64,000 nucleotides of DNA, taken from positions 820,870 through 884,869 of the forward strand of contig CAWEYG010000002.1 of assembly GCA_963813155.1 (NCBI GenBank). Direction: 5' to 3'. The notes under the pieces were generated by a model. The model was not told where the DNA came from. It was given only the letters and a program-made list of their open reading frames with translations, and searched no databases. How positions within the stretch are numbered: position 1 is the first letter of the stretch; each line of letters opens with the position of its first letter. Both the position numbers and the translations under genes were made by a program. Positions 29,521 to 39,790 of the stretch are shown piece after piece. This DNA comes from an uncultured Acidobacteriota bacterium (lineage in GTDB: Bacteria > Acidobacteriota > Thermoanaerobaculia > UBA5066 > DATFVB01).

Positions 29521-32115
29521 TTGAGTCTTCCTTCCGGTACGCGCCTCGGCGCATACGAAATCGAGTCGCCTCTGGGCGGCGGGGGCATGGGAGAGGTATA
29601 CCGGGCGAGGGACTCTCACCTCGGCCGCGAGGTCGCGATCAAGCTCCTTCCCGCGGAATTCTCGAAAGACCCCGCCCGGGTCGCCCGCTTCGAGCGCGAA
29701 GCGCGCCTGCTTGCGTCGATCAACCATCCGGCGATCGCCGCGATCTACGGCGCCGAACAATCGGGCGACATGCGCTATCTCGTTCTGGAGCTCGTCCCGG
29801 GTCAGACGCTCAAGGATCGGCTCGAACATCCCCTCGCTCCGAAAGAGGCGCTCAAGATCTGCCGCCAGATCGCCGAAGGGCTCGAGGCGGCGCACGAAAA
29901 AGGAATCGTCCACCGCGACCTGAAGCCCGCGAACGTCATGGTGACGCCGCAGGGAAAAGTAAAAGTCCTCGACCTCGGCCTCGCGAAAGCGATGGACTCG
30001 AGCTCGTCGCCGGCGGATCTCTCGCAGGCGGCGACGGCGGTCCTCGACGAGACGCTGCCCGGGGTGATTCTCGGAACGATCGGCTACATGAGCCCCGAGC
30101 AGGCGCGCGGCAAGCCGATCGACAAGCGAACCGACATCTGGGCGTTCGGGTGCATCCTGTTCGAGTGCCTCGCCGGCCGCCGCGCGTTCTCGGGCGGGAA
30201 CGTCTCCGACGTCATCGCTTCCATTCTGCGCTCGGAGCCGACGTGGCCCGATCTGCCGGCGGATACTCCGCCCGACGTTCGCGAGCTCCTCCGGCGGTGC
30301 CTCGAGAAAGACCCGAACCAGCGGCTGCGCGACATCGGCGACGCCCGAATCGCGATCGAAAACAATCTCGCCTCTTCGGCCGGCGTCACGCGCCTGTGGA
30401 GCGCCCCGGCGCCGAAGCGGGTCGGAGCGCGCCGCGGGCTCGCGATCGCGGCGGGCGCCGCGGCGCTGGCGGCCGCCGGGTGGTGGATCGCGTTGAAGAC
30501 CCTCCCCTCGAGCGGATTGAGGAGAACGAGAACGCTCGCGGTGCTTCCCTTCAAGGATTTGAGCGGCATGCCTGGCGGGCAGCTTCTCGGGGACGGGCTC
30601 GCGGAAACGGTCAGCGTGCGCCTCGCGAAGCTGCCGGGAGTCCAGGTCGTCGAGCCCGCAGCGGCCGTGTCCGCCTTCGACCAGGATGCCGATCCGTACC
30701 GCGTCGCGGCCCGCCTCGGCGCGAAACTGTTTCTCCGCGGTTCGGTCCAGCGCAACGGCGACCGCGTGCGCATCACGTATTCGCTCTGGAACACCGATCA
30801 CGTGCAAATCTCCGGCGACACGCTCGACGGCAGCGATTCCGACCTCTTCGCCATCCAGGACCGGCTGGCCGATCGCATCGGCGAGTCGCTCAACCTCCCG
30901 CGCACCCCGAATTCGGAGGAGCCTTCGGCCGGCCTCGAAACTGCCAGCGCGCAGGGCCGGTACCTGCAGGCGATCGGATGGCTGCAGCGTTACGACAAGC
31001 CGGCATCGGTCGACGCCTCGGTCGGGCTGCTCGAAGCCCTCGCGAAGGAAAATCCGCAGTCGGCGCTCGTTCACGCCGCGCTCGGGAAGGCCTACCTCCG
31101 GAAATACCAGCAAACCCGCGAGACAAAGTGGGTGGAAAGCGCGGAGAAGGCCTGCCGCGCCGCGGCGTCCCTTGCGCCGAACCTTCCGGACGTGCACGTG
31201 ACGCTCGGCGCAGTGCAGCTCGCGACAGGGCGCGCCGACGACGCGGCGCGGGAATTCCGGGCCGCTCTCGCGCTGCAGCCGAACTCGTCCGAAGCGACGC
31301 GGGGCCTCGCCCAGGCCGACGAGGCCCTGGGCCGCCTCGGGGATGCGGAGAAGGAATACCGGCGGGCGATCGAGCTCGAGCCTCTCTCCTGGGAAGGCTA
31401 CAACCGGCTCGGCGTCTTCGATTTCAACCACGGCCGGTATGCCGACGCCGCCGGGATGTTCCGGCGGGTCACCGAGATCACTCCCGACAATGTGCGCGGC
31501 TTTTACAGCCTCGGCGCCGTCTACCACGAGATGGGCGACCTCGCCCGGGCCGAAACGGCCTACAAGAAGTCGATCGCGTTGAAGCCCAACAGCGCCGCCC
31601 TCTCGAACCTCGGCACTCTGTACTACGACCGCGCGCAGTACCGCGAGTCCGCCGACACGTTCGAGAAAGCCGTCGCGCTGGCGCCGTCGGACTCGGTCCT
31701 CTGGACGAACCTGGGCGACGCGTACCGCTGGGCCCCCGGACTACGCGCGCGCGCCGGGGCCGCCTACCGGAAGGCGATCGACCTCGCGCGGGCCGAGCTG
31801 GCGATCAATCCGAAGGACGCGGCCGCCTGCGTGACGCTCGCGCTCGGTTTCGCAAAGACGGGAAACGCCGCCGAAGCGAAGACGCAGATCGAGCGGGCGC
31901 TCGCAATCGACCCGCGCGACGTCAACACGTTCTACGAGGCGGCGATCGTCGCGAGCGCGGGGGGCGACTCCGCCGCCGCGATCGACTGGATCCGCCGCGC
32001 CGCGGAGGCCGGCTACAGCCGCGACCGGATCGGGCGCGAGCCGGAGTTCGCCGGCCTGAGAAACCATCCGGATTTCCAAAGGGCCCTCGCGGCAAAATCG
32101 CCGCCGGCCCGTTGA
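29521..32115 (+). CDS. Ser/Thr protein kinase with TM segment, TolB-like domain and TPR repeats
   Basis: LGGGGMGEVY, VAIK, HRDLKPAN, DLGLAK, YMSPEQ, DIWAFG; LAVLPF motif; multiple TPRs. Confidence 0.93.
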   Translation: MSLPSGTRLGAYEIESPLGGGGMGEVYRARDSHLGREVAIKLLPAEFSKDPARVARFEREARLLASINHPAIAAIYGAEQSGDMRYLVLELVPGQTLKDRLEHPLAPKEALKICRQIAEGLEAAHEKGIVHRDLKPANVMVTPQGKVKVLDLGLAKAMDSSSSPADLSQAATAVLDETLPGVILGTIGYMSPEQARGKPIDKRTDIWAFGCILFECLAGRRAFSGGNVSDVIASILRSEPTWPDLPADTPPDVRELLRRCLEKDPNQRLRDIGDARIAIENNLASSAGVTRLWSAPAPKRVGARRGLAIAAGAAALAAAGWWIALKTLPSSGLRRTRTLAVLPFKDLSGMPGGQLLGDGLAETVSVRLAKLPGVQVVEPAAAVSAFDQDADPYRVAARLGAKLFLRGSVQRNGDRVRITYSLWNTDHVQISGDTLDGSDSDLFAIQDRLADRIGESLNLPRTPNSEEPSAGLETASAQGRYLQAIGWLQRYDKPASVDASVGLLEALAKENPQSALVHAALGKAYLRKYQQTRETKWVESAEKACRAAASLAPNLPDVHVTLGAVQLATGRADDAAREFRAALALQPNSSEATRGLAQADEALGRLGDAEKEYRRAIELEPLSWEGYNRLGVFDFNHGRYADAAGMFRRVTEITPDNVRGFYSLGAVYHEMGDLARAETAYKKSIALKPNSAALSNLGTLYYDRAQYRESADTFEKAVALAPSDSVLWTNLGDAYRWAPGLRARAGAAYRKAIDLARAELAINPKDAAACVTLALGFAKTGNAAEAKTQIERALAIDPRDVNTFYEAAIVASAGGDSAAAIDWIRRAAEAGYSRDRIGREPEFAGLRNHPDFQRALAAKSPPAR

Positions 32116-32132
32116 CGAAAGAGAGGCTCTCG

Positions 32133-32552
32133 ATGAAGGACTTCAAATCCCCGTTCCTCCTCGGCGGTTCCCTCCTGCTGGCGGGCGTCCTCTGGACCGC
32201 CGGGTGCTGCAGCCCGGCCAGGTCCGCATCCGCGCCGTCGGTCCTTCGATCCAACGAAGTGGCGATCAGCGTGCACGTGTTCGACGAGGAAAATCCCCAG
32301 GTCGTCGTCGTGCCGGACGACGCTTACCTCGAGGTCGGCAAGCAGGTCCCGCACTGGCTGCCGACGGAGGGCATGGTCACGAAGATCGAGTTCGGCGCCG
32401 ACGGCAATCCGTTCGGAGAGGATGTGCCTTGCGCGTCCGGCCATTGCAAGGCGAAGGGCCCCGCGCGCAAGACGGGAACGTTCAAGTATTCGGTCACCGT
32501 CCACTACCGCGGAAAGGACTACCGGATCGATCCCCGTCTCATCGTGGGCTGA
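32133..32552 (+). CDS. Small hypothetical lipoprotein with beta-rich domain
   Basis: GAGAGG RBS; MKDFKSPFLL...WTAGCC lipobox; ends GTFKYSVTV...RIDPRLIVG. Confidence 0.7.
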   Translation: MKDFKSPFLLGGSLLLAGVLWTAGCCSPARSASAPSVLRSNEVAISVHVFDEENPQVVVVPDDAYLEVGKQVPHWLPTEGMVTKIEFGADGNPFGEDVPCASGHCKAKGPARKTGTFKYSVTVHYRGKDYRIDPRLIVG

Positions 32553-32603
32553 AGTCCCGGATGCGGGGGCGGCGCGAGGCCGCCTCTGCGGTAGACTCGA
32601 TTC

Positions 32604-34547
32604 GTGCCGATCGGATCGCGACCGAAGCGAAAAATCGGGCTCGTCTTCGCGCTGCTCGCGCTGCTCGCGCTGCCCGCCGCGGGGCTGACCGCGACGGCGC
32701 CCCCGGGCTCCGACTTTCTGCACTGGCCGGACGCGGCCGTCCGGCCTCCGGCTTCCCGCGTCGAGGGACGCCGCGTGATCGTGATCGGATGGGACGGCGC
32801 GGATTGGGATCTCCTCGACTCCCTGGCGCGCGACGGCTCGATGCCGAATTTGAAAAGGTTCGTCTCGGAGGGGCGAACCGCCGATCTCGTGAGCTACCCT
32901 CCGACGGTCTCGCCGATGGTGTGGACGACGATCGCGACGGGCGCCGATCCCCGCGATCACCAGGTGCTGTCGTTCTTCGAGATCGATCCCCCGACCGGAA
33001 AGCCCGTTCCCATTTCGGCCGAATCGCGCCGCGTGCCGGCCTACTGGGAGACGGCTTCGGCCCGCGGCAAGACCGTCGGCGTCGTGAACTACTGGGCAAC
33101 GTTTCCCGCGGAAGAAGTCAAAGGCTTCCAGGTCAGCGACCGCGCCTCTCCGCCCCTTGACGATCCCGATCCCCGCCAGTTCCCCTCGAGCGTGTTTCCG
33201 CCCGGCTATGCCGACGGTGTCCGATCGATTTGCAACGCGGCCTCCCCTCCCGACTCGGCGTTTGCCCGCTTCGGCGACTTCACCGGGCTTGCGCCCGACA
33301 AGCTCGACGCTTTCCGGCGGCTCCTTCGCAACACGCGGGCCGCGGAGGAGACCGCCGAACGGCTCTACGACCGCGACCGGCCCCAATCGATGACGCTCTA
33401 CTTCCTCGGGACCGACGAGGTGGACCACCTGTTCGGGCGCGACGTCGCGCCGAAGCTGCCCTGCGCGCCACAAGCGGAATTCGCCCGGCTCTCCCACGTC
33501 GTCCCGCGCTACTACGCCTGGGTCGACGAGTTCCTCGGCCGCTGGATGCGGCGGGCGCGCGAGGACGGCGCGACGATTCTTCTCGTGTCCGATCACGGCT
33601 TCAAGTGGGGATCCCGCCGAATCTGCGGCGGCAACCCTCTCGAGCGGCAGAGCGCGACCTTCGATCACCGCCCCACCGGCATCGCCGCGGCCTGGGGCAA
33701 GGGCGTCCGCGCGTCGGCGACCCGGGGAACCGCGACCGTGTTCGACGTGGAGCCGACGATCGCGGCGCTGCTCGACCTCCCCGTCGACCGAAAGGAGCCG
33801 GGAAAGGCGCGCGTCGAGTGGTTCGACGCCGTTGCGGCTCCCCGAAAGGCCGATCTCTGGGCCCATGCGGCGCCGCCGAAATTTCTGCCCCGGGTCCTTC
33901 CCGCCGCGACAAGCGAATACACGAAGCAACTGAAGACGCTGGGTTACCTGTCGGGCGATTCCAGCCGGCGAGCGGCATCCGCGCGGGGGCCGCGGCCCAC
34001 CCCCGACGAGGAAGGCTGGCTCAACCTCGGCGTCTACCAGAATTCGATCCAGCAGCCGGAGGCGGCGATCGGGAGCTTTCGCAAGGCGCTCGACGTGTTT
34101 CCGGCCTATCCGCCCGCGCTCGTCAACCTGGTCGCGGCCGAGATCCGGCGCGGAAAGACCTCCGAGGCCGTTCGCTGGGCGAAGGAGTCCCTTCGCCTGT
34201 CCGGGCCGGGGGCCGGATGGGCGATCTACGAGATCGCCGACCGGCTGGACCGCGGCGGCCTGCTCTCCGAAGAAGAAAATCTCCTCGTCGAGGCGCGCCG
34301 CAAGAATCCGGAATCCGAGCCCATCGTGGTCTCGCTCGCGGGCCTCCGGCTGGGTCAGAAGAGGTGCCAGGAATCGTACGAGGCGGTCAGCCCGTTTCTC
34401 TCCCGGAGCGAAAACGCCGAAACCTACAACGTCGCGGGGCTCGCATCGCTTTGCATCGGAAAAAAAGACGAAGCCCGGCGCCTTCTCTCGCGCTCGCTCG
34501 AGCTCAAACCCGACCAGCCGCAGATTCGAAAGATGCTGGGGCCGTGA
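32604..34547 (+). CDS. Alkaline phosphatase superfamily (nucleotide pyrophosphatase-like) protein with TPRs
   Basis: VIGWDGADW, SP.VWTTIATG, TDEVDHLF, VSDHGF, LKTLGYL, TPR tail. Confidence 0.85.
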   Translation: MPIGSRPKRKIGLVFALLALLALPAAGLTATAPPGSDFLHWPDAAVRPPASRVEGRRVIVIGWDGADWDLLDSLARDGSMPNLKRFVSEGRTADLVSYPPTVSPMVWTTIATGADPRDHQVLSFFEIDPPTGKPVPISAESRRVPAYWETASARGKTVGVVNYWATFPAEEVKGFQVSDRASPPLDDPDPRQFPSSVFPPGYADGVRSICNAASPPDSAFARFGDFTGLAPDKLDAFRRLLRNTRAAEETAERLYDRDRPQSMTLYFLGTDEVDHLFGRDVAPKLPCAPQAEFARLSHVVPRYYAWVDEFLGRWMRRAREDGATILLVSDHGFKWGSRRICGGNPLERQSATFDHRPTGIAAAWGKGVRASATRGTATVFDVEPTIAALLDLPVDRKEPGKARVEWFDAVAAPRKADLWAHAAPPKFLPRVLPAATSEYTKQLKTLGYLSGDSSRRAASARGPRPTPDEEGWLNLGVYQNSIQQPEAAIGSFRKALDVFPAYPPALVNLVAAEIRRGKTSEAVRWAKESLRLSGPGAGWAIYEIADRLDRGGLLSEEENLLVEARRKNPESEPIVVSLAGLRLGQKRCQESYEAVSPFLSRSENAETYNVAGLASLCIGKKDEARRLLSRSLELKPDQPQIRKMLGP

Positions 34548-34557
34548 GCGGAGCCGC

Positions 34558-35574
34558 GTGAACTACCAGCTCCTCGGCAGGAGCGGCCTGCGGGTCTCGG
34601 AAATCTGCCTCGGGACGATGACGTTCGGCGAAGAGTGGGGCTGGGGAGCTCCTCCCGAAGAGGCGCGGCGCCTCTTCGACCTCTTCGCGGCGCGCGGCGG
34701 CACCTTCATCGACACCGCGAACCGCTACACCGACGGAACGAGCGAGTCGCTCGTCGGGGAATTCGTCGCGTCCGACCGCAGTCTCTTCGTGGTCGGCAGC
34801 AAGTACACGCTTTCGACGAGGGCCGACGACCCGAACGCCTCGGGCAATCAACGGAAGAACATCGTTCAGGCGCTCGAGGCCTCCCTCCGGCGCATGAAGC
34901 TCGATTACCTCGACCTCTATTGGGTCCACGCATGGGACGGCGTCACTCCCCTCGAAGAAGTGCTCCGCGCTTTCGACGATCTCGTGCGGGCGGGAAAGAT
35001 TCTCTACGCCGGGATCTCCGACGCTCCCGCCTGGGTCGTCGCGCGCGCGAACACGATCGCGGATCTCCGTGGCTGGACGCCTTTCGCGGGCTTGCAAGTC
35101 GAATACAGCCTCATCCAGCGCTCGGCGGAGCGCGAGCTGCTTCCGATGGCGACCGCGCTCGGGATCGGCGTGACTCCGTGGGCGCCGCTCGGCGGGGGCC
35201 TCCTCTCGGGCAAATACAGCTCCGGCCGCCTGCCCGCCGATTCCAAGCGCCGGACGGTGATGGACAAGCGGCTGAGCGACCGCAATCTCGCGATCGCGAC
35301 GGCCGTTCTGAAAATCGCGGGCGAGCTGCGGCGGCCGGCTTCACAGGTCGCACTCAACTGGGTGCGGCAGAAGTTTCCCGGAGCGGTGCCGATCGTCGGC
35401 GCGCGGACCGTCGCTCAAATGGAGGAAAACCTCGGCTGCCTGGAGTTCGAGCTGCCGCCCGAGGAGATGCGGCGCCTCGACGAGGCGAGCGCGATCGACC
35501 TCGGATTCCCGCACGACTTCCTCCGGAGCGAATCGATGAAAAAGCTCGTTTTCGGCAACACCCGGCTCGAGTAG
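34558..35574 (+). CDS. Aldo/keto reductase
   Basis: LGRSGLRVSEICLGTMTFG, DTANRY, SKY, YWVH, WAPLGGGLLSGKY. Confidence 0.95.
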   Translation: MNYQLLGRSGLRVSEICLGTMTFGEEWGWGAPPEEARRLFDLFAARGGTFIDTANRYTDGTSESLVGEFVASDRSLFVVGSKYTLSTRADDPNASGNQRKNIVQALEASLRRMKLDYLDLYWVHAWDGVTPLEEVLRAFDDLVRAGKILYAGISDAPAWVVARANTIADLRGWTPFAGLQVEYSLIQRSAERELLPMATALGIGVTPWAPLGGGLLSGKYSSGRLPADSKRRTVMDKRLSDRNLAIATAVLKIAGELRRPASQVALNWVRQKFPGAVPIVGARTVAQMEENLGCLEFELPPEEMRRLDEASAIDLGFPHDFLRSESMKKLVFGNTRLE

Positions 35575-35581
35575 CCGCCGG

Positions 35582-36100
35582 TCACGCCTCCCGGTAGCGG
35601 CTCGTGAGAATCGCGGCGTGGTGCCGGAAGTGACCCGCCATCATGAACGCGAGGGCCCGCACCGTGACGTTTGACCCGTTCGCAACGCCGGCGCGCCGCC
35701 AGTCCGCGGGGGCGAGCCTCTCGAAGAACAACAGGTGGCCGCGCCGAACGTGCCCGAACTCGCGGGCCAGCGCCCGGAGGGAGATTCCGGTTACCCGCGC
35801 GGCCCTCGCGTAGTCGTCCTGCTCGAAGCCCGGCAGCGGCGAGCGGTCGCCCCGGGCGAACGCGAGCGCGCGATAGCCGTACACGCGCTCCGAATCAATG
35901 ACGTGGCCGACGACCTCCGCCACGCTCCATTTTCCGGGCGCGTAGCGAAAATCCGAGCGGCCCTCCGGAATGTCCTGAAAGAACGCGACCCCGTCGCGAA
36001 GCTGGTCGGTCAGGACTTCCAGGATTTCTTCCTCGGGAACGAGCGCGACGTCGTCCGAGTTCGAAGCGGCGTATTCGGAGGCTTCGGGCCGGCCGATCAA
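35582..36100 (-). CDS. DinB family protein
   Basis: RPEASEY, RYAPGKWSVAEVVGHVIDSERV, LPGFEQDDY, AGHFRHH; TTGA overlap with upstream gene. Confidence 0.88.
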   Translation of the reverse strand: MIGRPEASEYAASNSDDVALVPEEEILEVLTDQLRDGVAFFQDIPEGRSDFRYAPGKWSVAEVVGHVIDSERVYGYRALAFARGDRSPLPGFEQDDYARAARVTGISLRALAREFGHVRRGHLLFFERLAPADWRRAGVANGSNVTVRALAFMMAGHFRHHAAILTSRYREA

Positions 36101-36483
36101 TGCGACAGTCTCAGCGTCGTCGAAGTCCAGTAGTGGGGGCGAGGCGGCCGCGGGAACGCGTGCCTCCGGATCGAATCGCGCAGGCAGACGGCGACGTTGC
36201 TCTCGGGCCGCACGAGGACCGCCTCGACGGACCCGTTCGCCGCAATTTCCGCGAGCGCCTCGAAGGGAGAGAGGTCCGGCGCGGCCTGGTGCTCCACGCA
36301 CCGCCCGAGCTCGCCCGCCTGCGATTCCGAGAACGCCTTCGCGAAGACCGGTTGGTATTTCCTGCCCGGAGCCGTCTTCGCGTTCGCGACGGCGATCTTT
36401 CGGGCCGCTTCGAAAGCGCTCGCTCCGGTCGCCGGCGCGGGGGCTGCGGCCGCGAAGAAGACGAGAGCTGCGATCGGGAGCAT
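36097..36483 (-). CDS. Secreted hypothetical protein with two Cys
   Basis: Signal-like N-terminus; C...CL...FPRPP pattern; TATACT -10 just upstream. Confidence 0.65.
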   Translation of the reverse strand: MLPIAALVFFAAAAPAPATGASAFEAARKIAVANAKTAPGRKYQPVFAKAFSESQAGELGRCVEHQAAPDLSPFEALAEIAANGSVEAVLVRPESNVAVCLRDSIRRHAFPRPPRPHYWTSTTLRLSH

Positions 36484-36525
36484 GACCGGTTCAGTATACT
36501 CACCCATGCCCTCGGAAGACCTCCG

Positions 36526-37482
36526 ATGACCCGCGAGAGCTGGGTCGGCGTCGACCTCGGCGGAACGAAAATCCTCGCCGGGGTCGTCTCGCAGCGCGGA
36601 AAGATCCTCGCCCGCGCGAAAACGAAAACCCCTTTCGCCGCGGGAAACGCCGCCCTCGGAGAAGCGATCGTCGCGACCGTCGCGGAGGCGATCGCCGGCG
36701 CCGGCGGCCGCCCGCCCCTCGCGATCGGAATCGGCTCGCCCGGCCCGATCGACCCGGACCGCGGCGTTGTGCTCCGCACGCCGAACATCGCGGTGAAGAA
36801 TCTCAGGATCCGCGAATTGCTCTCCCGCCGCTTCGGAGTCCCGGCCGTGCTCGACAACGACGTCCACATGGCGCTCTGGGGAGAATTCCTCTGCGGCGCG
36901 GGCCGCGGGCATCGGGACCTCGTCGGCATCTGGGTCGGAACGGGAGTCGGAGGCGGCGTCATCGTGGACGGCCGGCTCGTGCGCGGGATCAACAAGAACG
37001 CGGGCGAAATCGGGCACATGGTCCTCGACGCTCGCCGGGCCGGTTCCGGCTCCAAGGGAACCCTCGAATGGGAAGCGTCGAAGAGCGGCATCGCGCGCCG
37101 GGTGCGCAAAGGGGTTCGAAAGGGCGAAAAGACCGCGCTCCGCGCGCGGGTCCGCCGGGGCGAGCGGCTCGACAGCTCGGCTCTCGGAATCGCGTATCGG
37201 AAAGGAGACCGACTCGCCCGGCGGGCCGTCGAGCACTCGGCCCGATACGTCGGCATCGCGGTCGCCGATCTCTTCAACGTGCTCTCCCCCGAAATCTTCA
37301 TCCTCGGGGGCGGCGTCGTCGAAGACCTGGGCCGGAGCTACGTTTCGGCGGTCCGGCGAACGGCGCGGGAATTCGCGTTCTCGACCGAGCTCGCGACCGT
37401 GCGAATCGAAGCCGCGAAACTGGGATCGGATTCCGGCGTCATCGGCGCCGCTCTCGCCGCGCGCGAACGTTTCCCGGTTTGA
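36526..37482 (+). CDS. ROK family sugar kinase
   Basis: GVDLGGTK, GIGSPGP, DNDV, GTGVGGG, AGEIGHM, GVIGAA. Confidence 0.93.
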   Translation: MTRESWVGVDLGGTKILAGVVSQRGKILARAKTKTPFAAGNAALGEAIVATVAEAIAGAGGRPPLAIGIGSPGPIDPDRGVVLRTPNIAVKNLRIRELLSRRFGVPAVLDNDVHMALWGEFLCGAGRGHRDLVGIWVGTGVGGGVIVDGRLVRGINKNAGEIGHMVLDARRAGSGSKGTLEWEASKSGIARRVRKGVRKGEKTALRARVRRGERLDSSALGIAYRKGDRLARRAVEHSARYVGIAVADLFNVLSPEIFILGGGVVEDLGRSYVSAVRRTAREFAFSTELATVRIEAAKLGSDSGVIGAALAARERFPV

Positions 37483-37502
37483 ACGTTTGGCGGAATCGCG
37501 CC

Positions 37503-37531
37503 TTGACACAACCGCGTCAGCGCATTAGCCT
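37503..37531 (+). promoter_or_regulatory. Sigma70-type promoter for the sulfatase-like/TonB genes
   Basis: TTGACA (37503-37508), 17-nt spacer, TAGCCT (37526-37531). Confidence 0.6.
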
Positions 37532-37570
37532 TCGCACCAACTTAACAAGAGGGCTCAACGACGCAACGCC

Positions 37571-39726
37571 TTGGATTTACAACACGGATTTCGGGGCGCC
37601 GGGCGTCCGCGCTGCCGGTCTTCGCACTCGCTTGTCTCGCCTTTGCCTGCGCGAAGAGCGACCGAAAGGCCCCTCCCCGAAACAACCTGCTTCTCGTGAC
37701 GATCGACACCGTCCGCGCCGACCACCTCGGCGCGTACGGCGACGCCCGGGCCGAAACGCCGAACCTCGACCGTCTCGCCCGCGAGGGAGTGAGGTTCGAC
37801 CAGGCGAGCTCCGCCGTGCCGCTCACTCTTCCCTCGCACGCGACGATTCTTTCCGGGCTCCTTCCGCCGCACCATGGCCTGCGCAGCAACGGATCGGGAA
37901 GGTTTCCCGAGGGCGACGCGACGCTGGCCACGGGGCTCCAGGCAGCGGGCTTTCGAACCGGAGCTTTCGTCGGATCGTACGTCCTGGATCACCGGTTCGG
38001 TCTCGATCGGGGTTTCGATCTCTATGACGACGAGATCCCCCGCAATCCCGACGCGGCCGCCGCGCTGGAGGCCGAGAGGGCGGGCTCGATCGTCGTCGAC
38101 CGGGCGCTCGGGTGGCTCGAGAAGAGCGACGGACGCCCGTTCTTCGCGTGGGTCCATCTCTACGACGCGCACGCGCCCTATGTCCCGCCGGAACCGTTCC
38201 GCTCCCGGCACGCCGACTCGCCGTACGACGGAGAGATCGCCTCCGTCGACTTTCAGGTGGGCCGCCTCCTCGCGTGGCTCGATCGCAAGGCTCTCGCCGC
38301 GAACACCGTCGTCGCCGTGGCGGCCGATCACGGCGAAGCTCTCGGCGAGCACGGCGAGCTGACCCACGGGTTCTTTCTCTACGAACCCACGCTCCACGTC
38401 CCGCTTCTGATCCGCGCGCCCCGGCTGAGCCCGGGACGAGTCCTTCGCACGCCCGTGTCGTTGACCGATCTCGCGCCCACGCTCGCGGGGCTCCTTCGCT
38501 CTCCGCTCGCCGGGAAACTCGACGGGCGCGATCTCTCCGCCGCCCTGGTTTCCGGCCTCGACCCTCCGCCCGCCGACCTCTACGCGGAGACGGAATACCC
38601 GAGGGTCTTCGGGTGGAGCGGTCTCTCGGCGCTGCGGCGAAAGAATCTGAAGTACGTGGAGGCTCCCCGTCCCGAGCTCTACGACCTCGCGCGCGACGGT
38701 AGGGAACAGACCAATCTGCTCGAGCCCGGTTCCCCGCGCGCCGACCTGAAAGCGCGCATCGCGGAGTTCCGCCGCGGCGAGCGGGCTCCCGACGCGACTC
38801 CCGGTTCGGGGCGTGCCGAAGAGGCCGCGAAGCTCGCGAGCCTCGGCTATATCGCCGGAGCTCCGGCGAAGGCGAAAGCCGGCGACCCGGCTCTCCGCGA
38901 CCCGAAAGACATGGTCGCCACGTTTCGAAACTTCGAAGAGGCGCACGGGGACCTCGTCGAGGGCCGGTTGAAGCTGGCGAAAGAAAAGCTCACCTCGGCC
39001 GTGCGAGAGGATCCCCGGAACGGAATCTTTCTCGACTCCCTCGCGCACGCCTACCGGCGCCTCGGAGATTTCAAGACGGCAATCGAGTACTACCGGAAGG
39101 CGGTCGCCGTCTCGCCGGGGGACGCGGACACGCGGTACGACCTCGCGGTCACGCTGCAGGAAGCCGGCCGGATGGACGAAGCGGCGTCCATGATCCGGGA
39201 AGCCCTTCAAAACGACTCTTCCCGGCCCGAGTCGCTCGACGTGCTCGGGATTTCCTACCTCGCGCAAAAGCAGCCCGAAAAGGCGCTCGAACAGTTCGAC
39301 CGCGCGGCGCAGATCGATCCGCGCTCGCCCCGGACGCACAACAATCGCGGAAACGTCCTGCGCGAGCTGAAACGGTTCGACGAATCGGAGGCCGCCTACC
39401 GAAAGGCGATCGAGCTCGCCCCCGCGTACGCCGACCCGTGGAACGGACTCGGCGCTCTCGAAGTCGAGCGGGGCCGCCCCCGCGAGGCCGTCGCCTGCTT
39501 CGAGCGTGCGATCGCCCTCTCTCCCGAAGATCACGAGGCGCAGTTGAATCTCGGAATCGCGCTGGAGACGGCCGGAGACCCGGCTTCGGCGGCGTCCGCC
39601 TACCGCGACTTCCTGCAGGCGTCGAAGAACGATCCCCGGTTTTCGCAACAACGCGCCGTGGCCGCGCAATTGATCGCCCGGCTCGCGCAGAAGGAATCGG
39701 AGAAATCGCAATCCGAAAGGAGGTGA
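37571..39726 (+). CDS. Sulfatase-like hydrolase with C-terminal TPRs (lipoprotein); start uncertain
   Basis: LLVTIDTVRADH, PLTLPSHATILSG, WVHLYDAH.PY, ADHGE..GEHGE.THG; in-frame lipoprotein signal LACLAFAC upstream of the GTG at 37696. Confidence 0.85.
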
Positions 39727-39790
39727 CCCTTCGTTTTCGGAACCTGAATCCAACAACGGGAAGAATCATTTTCAAAGAGGAGAATGGAGA

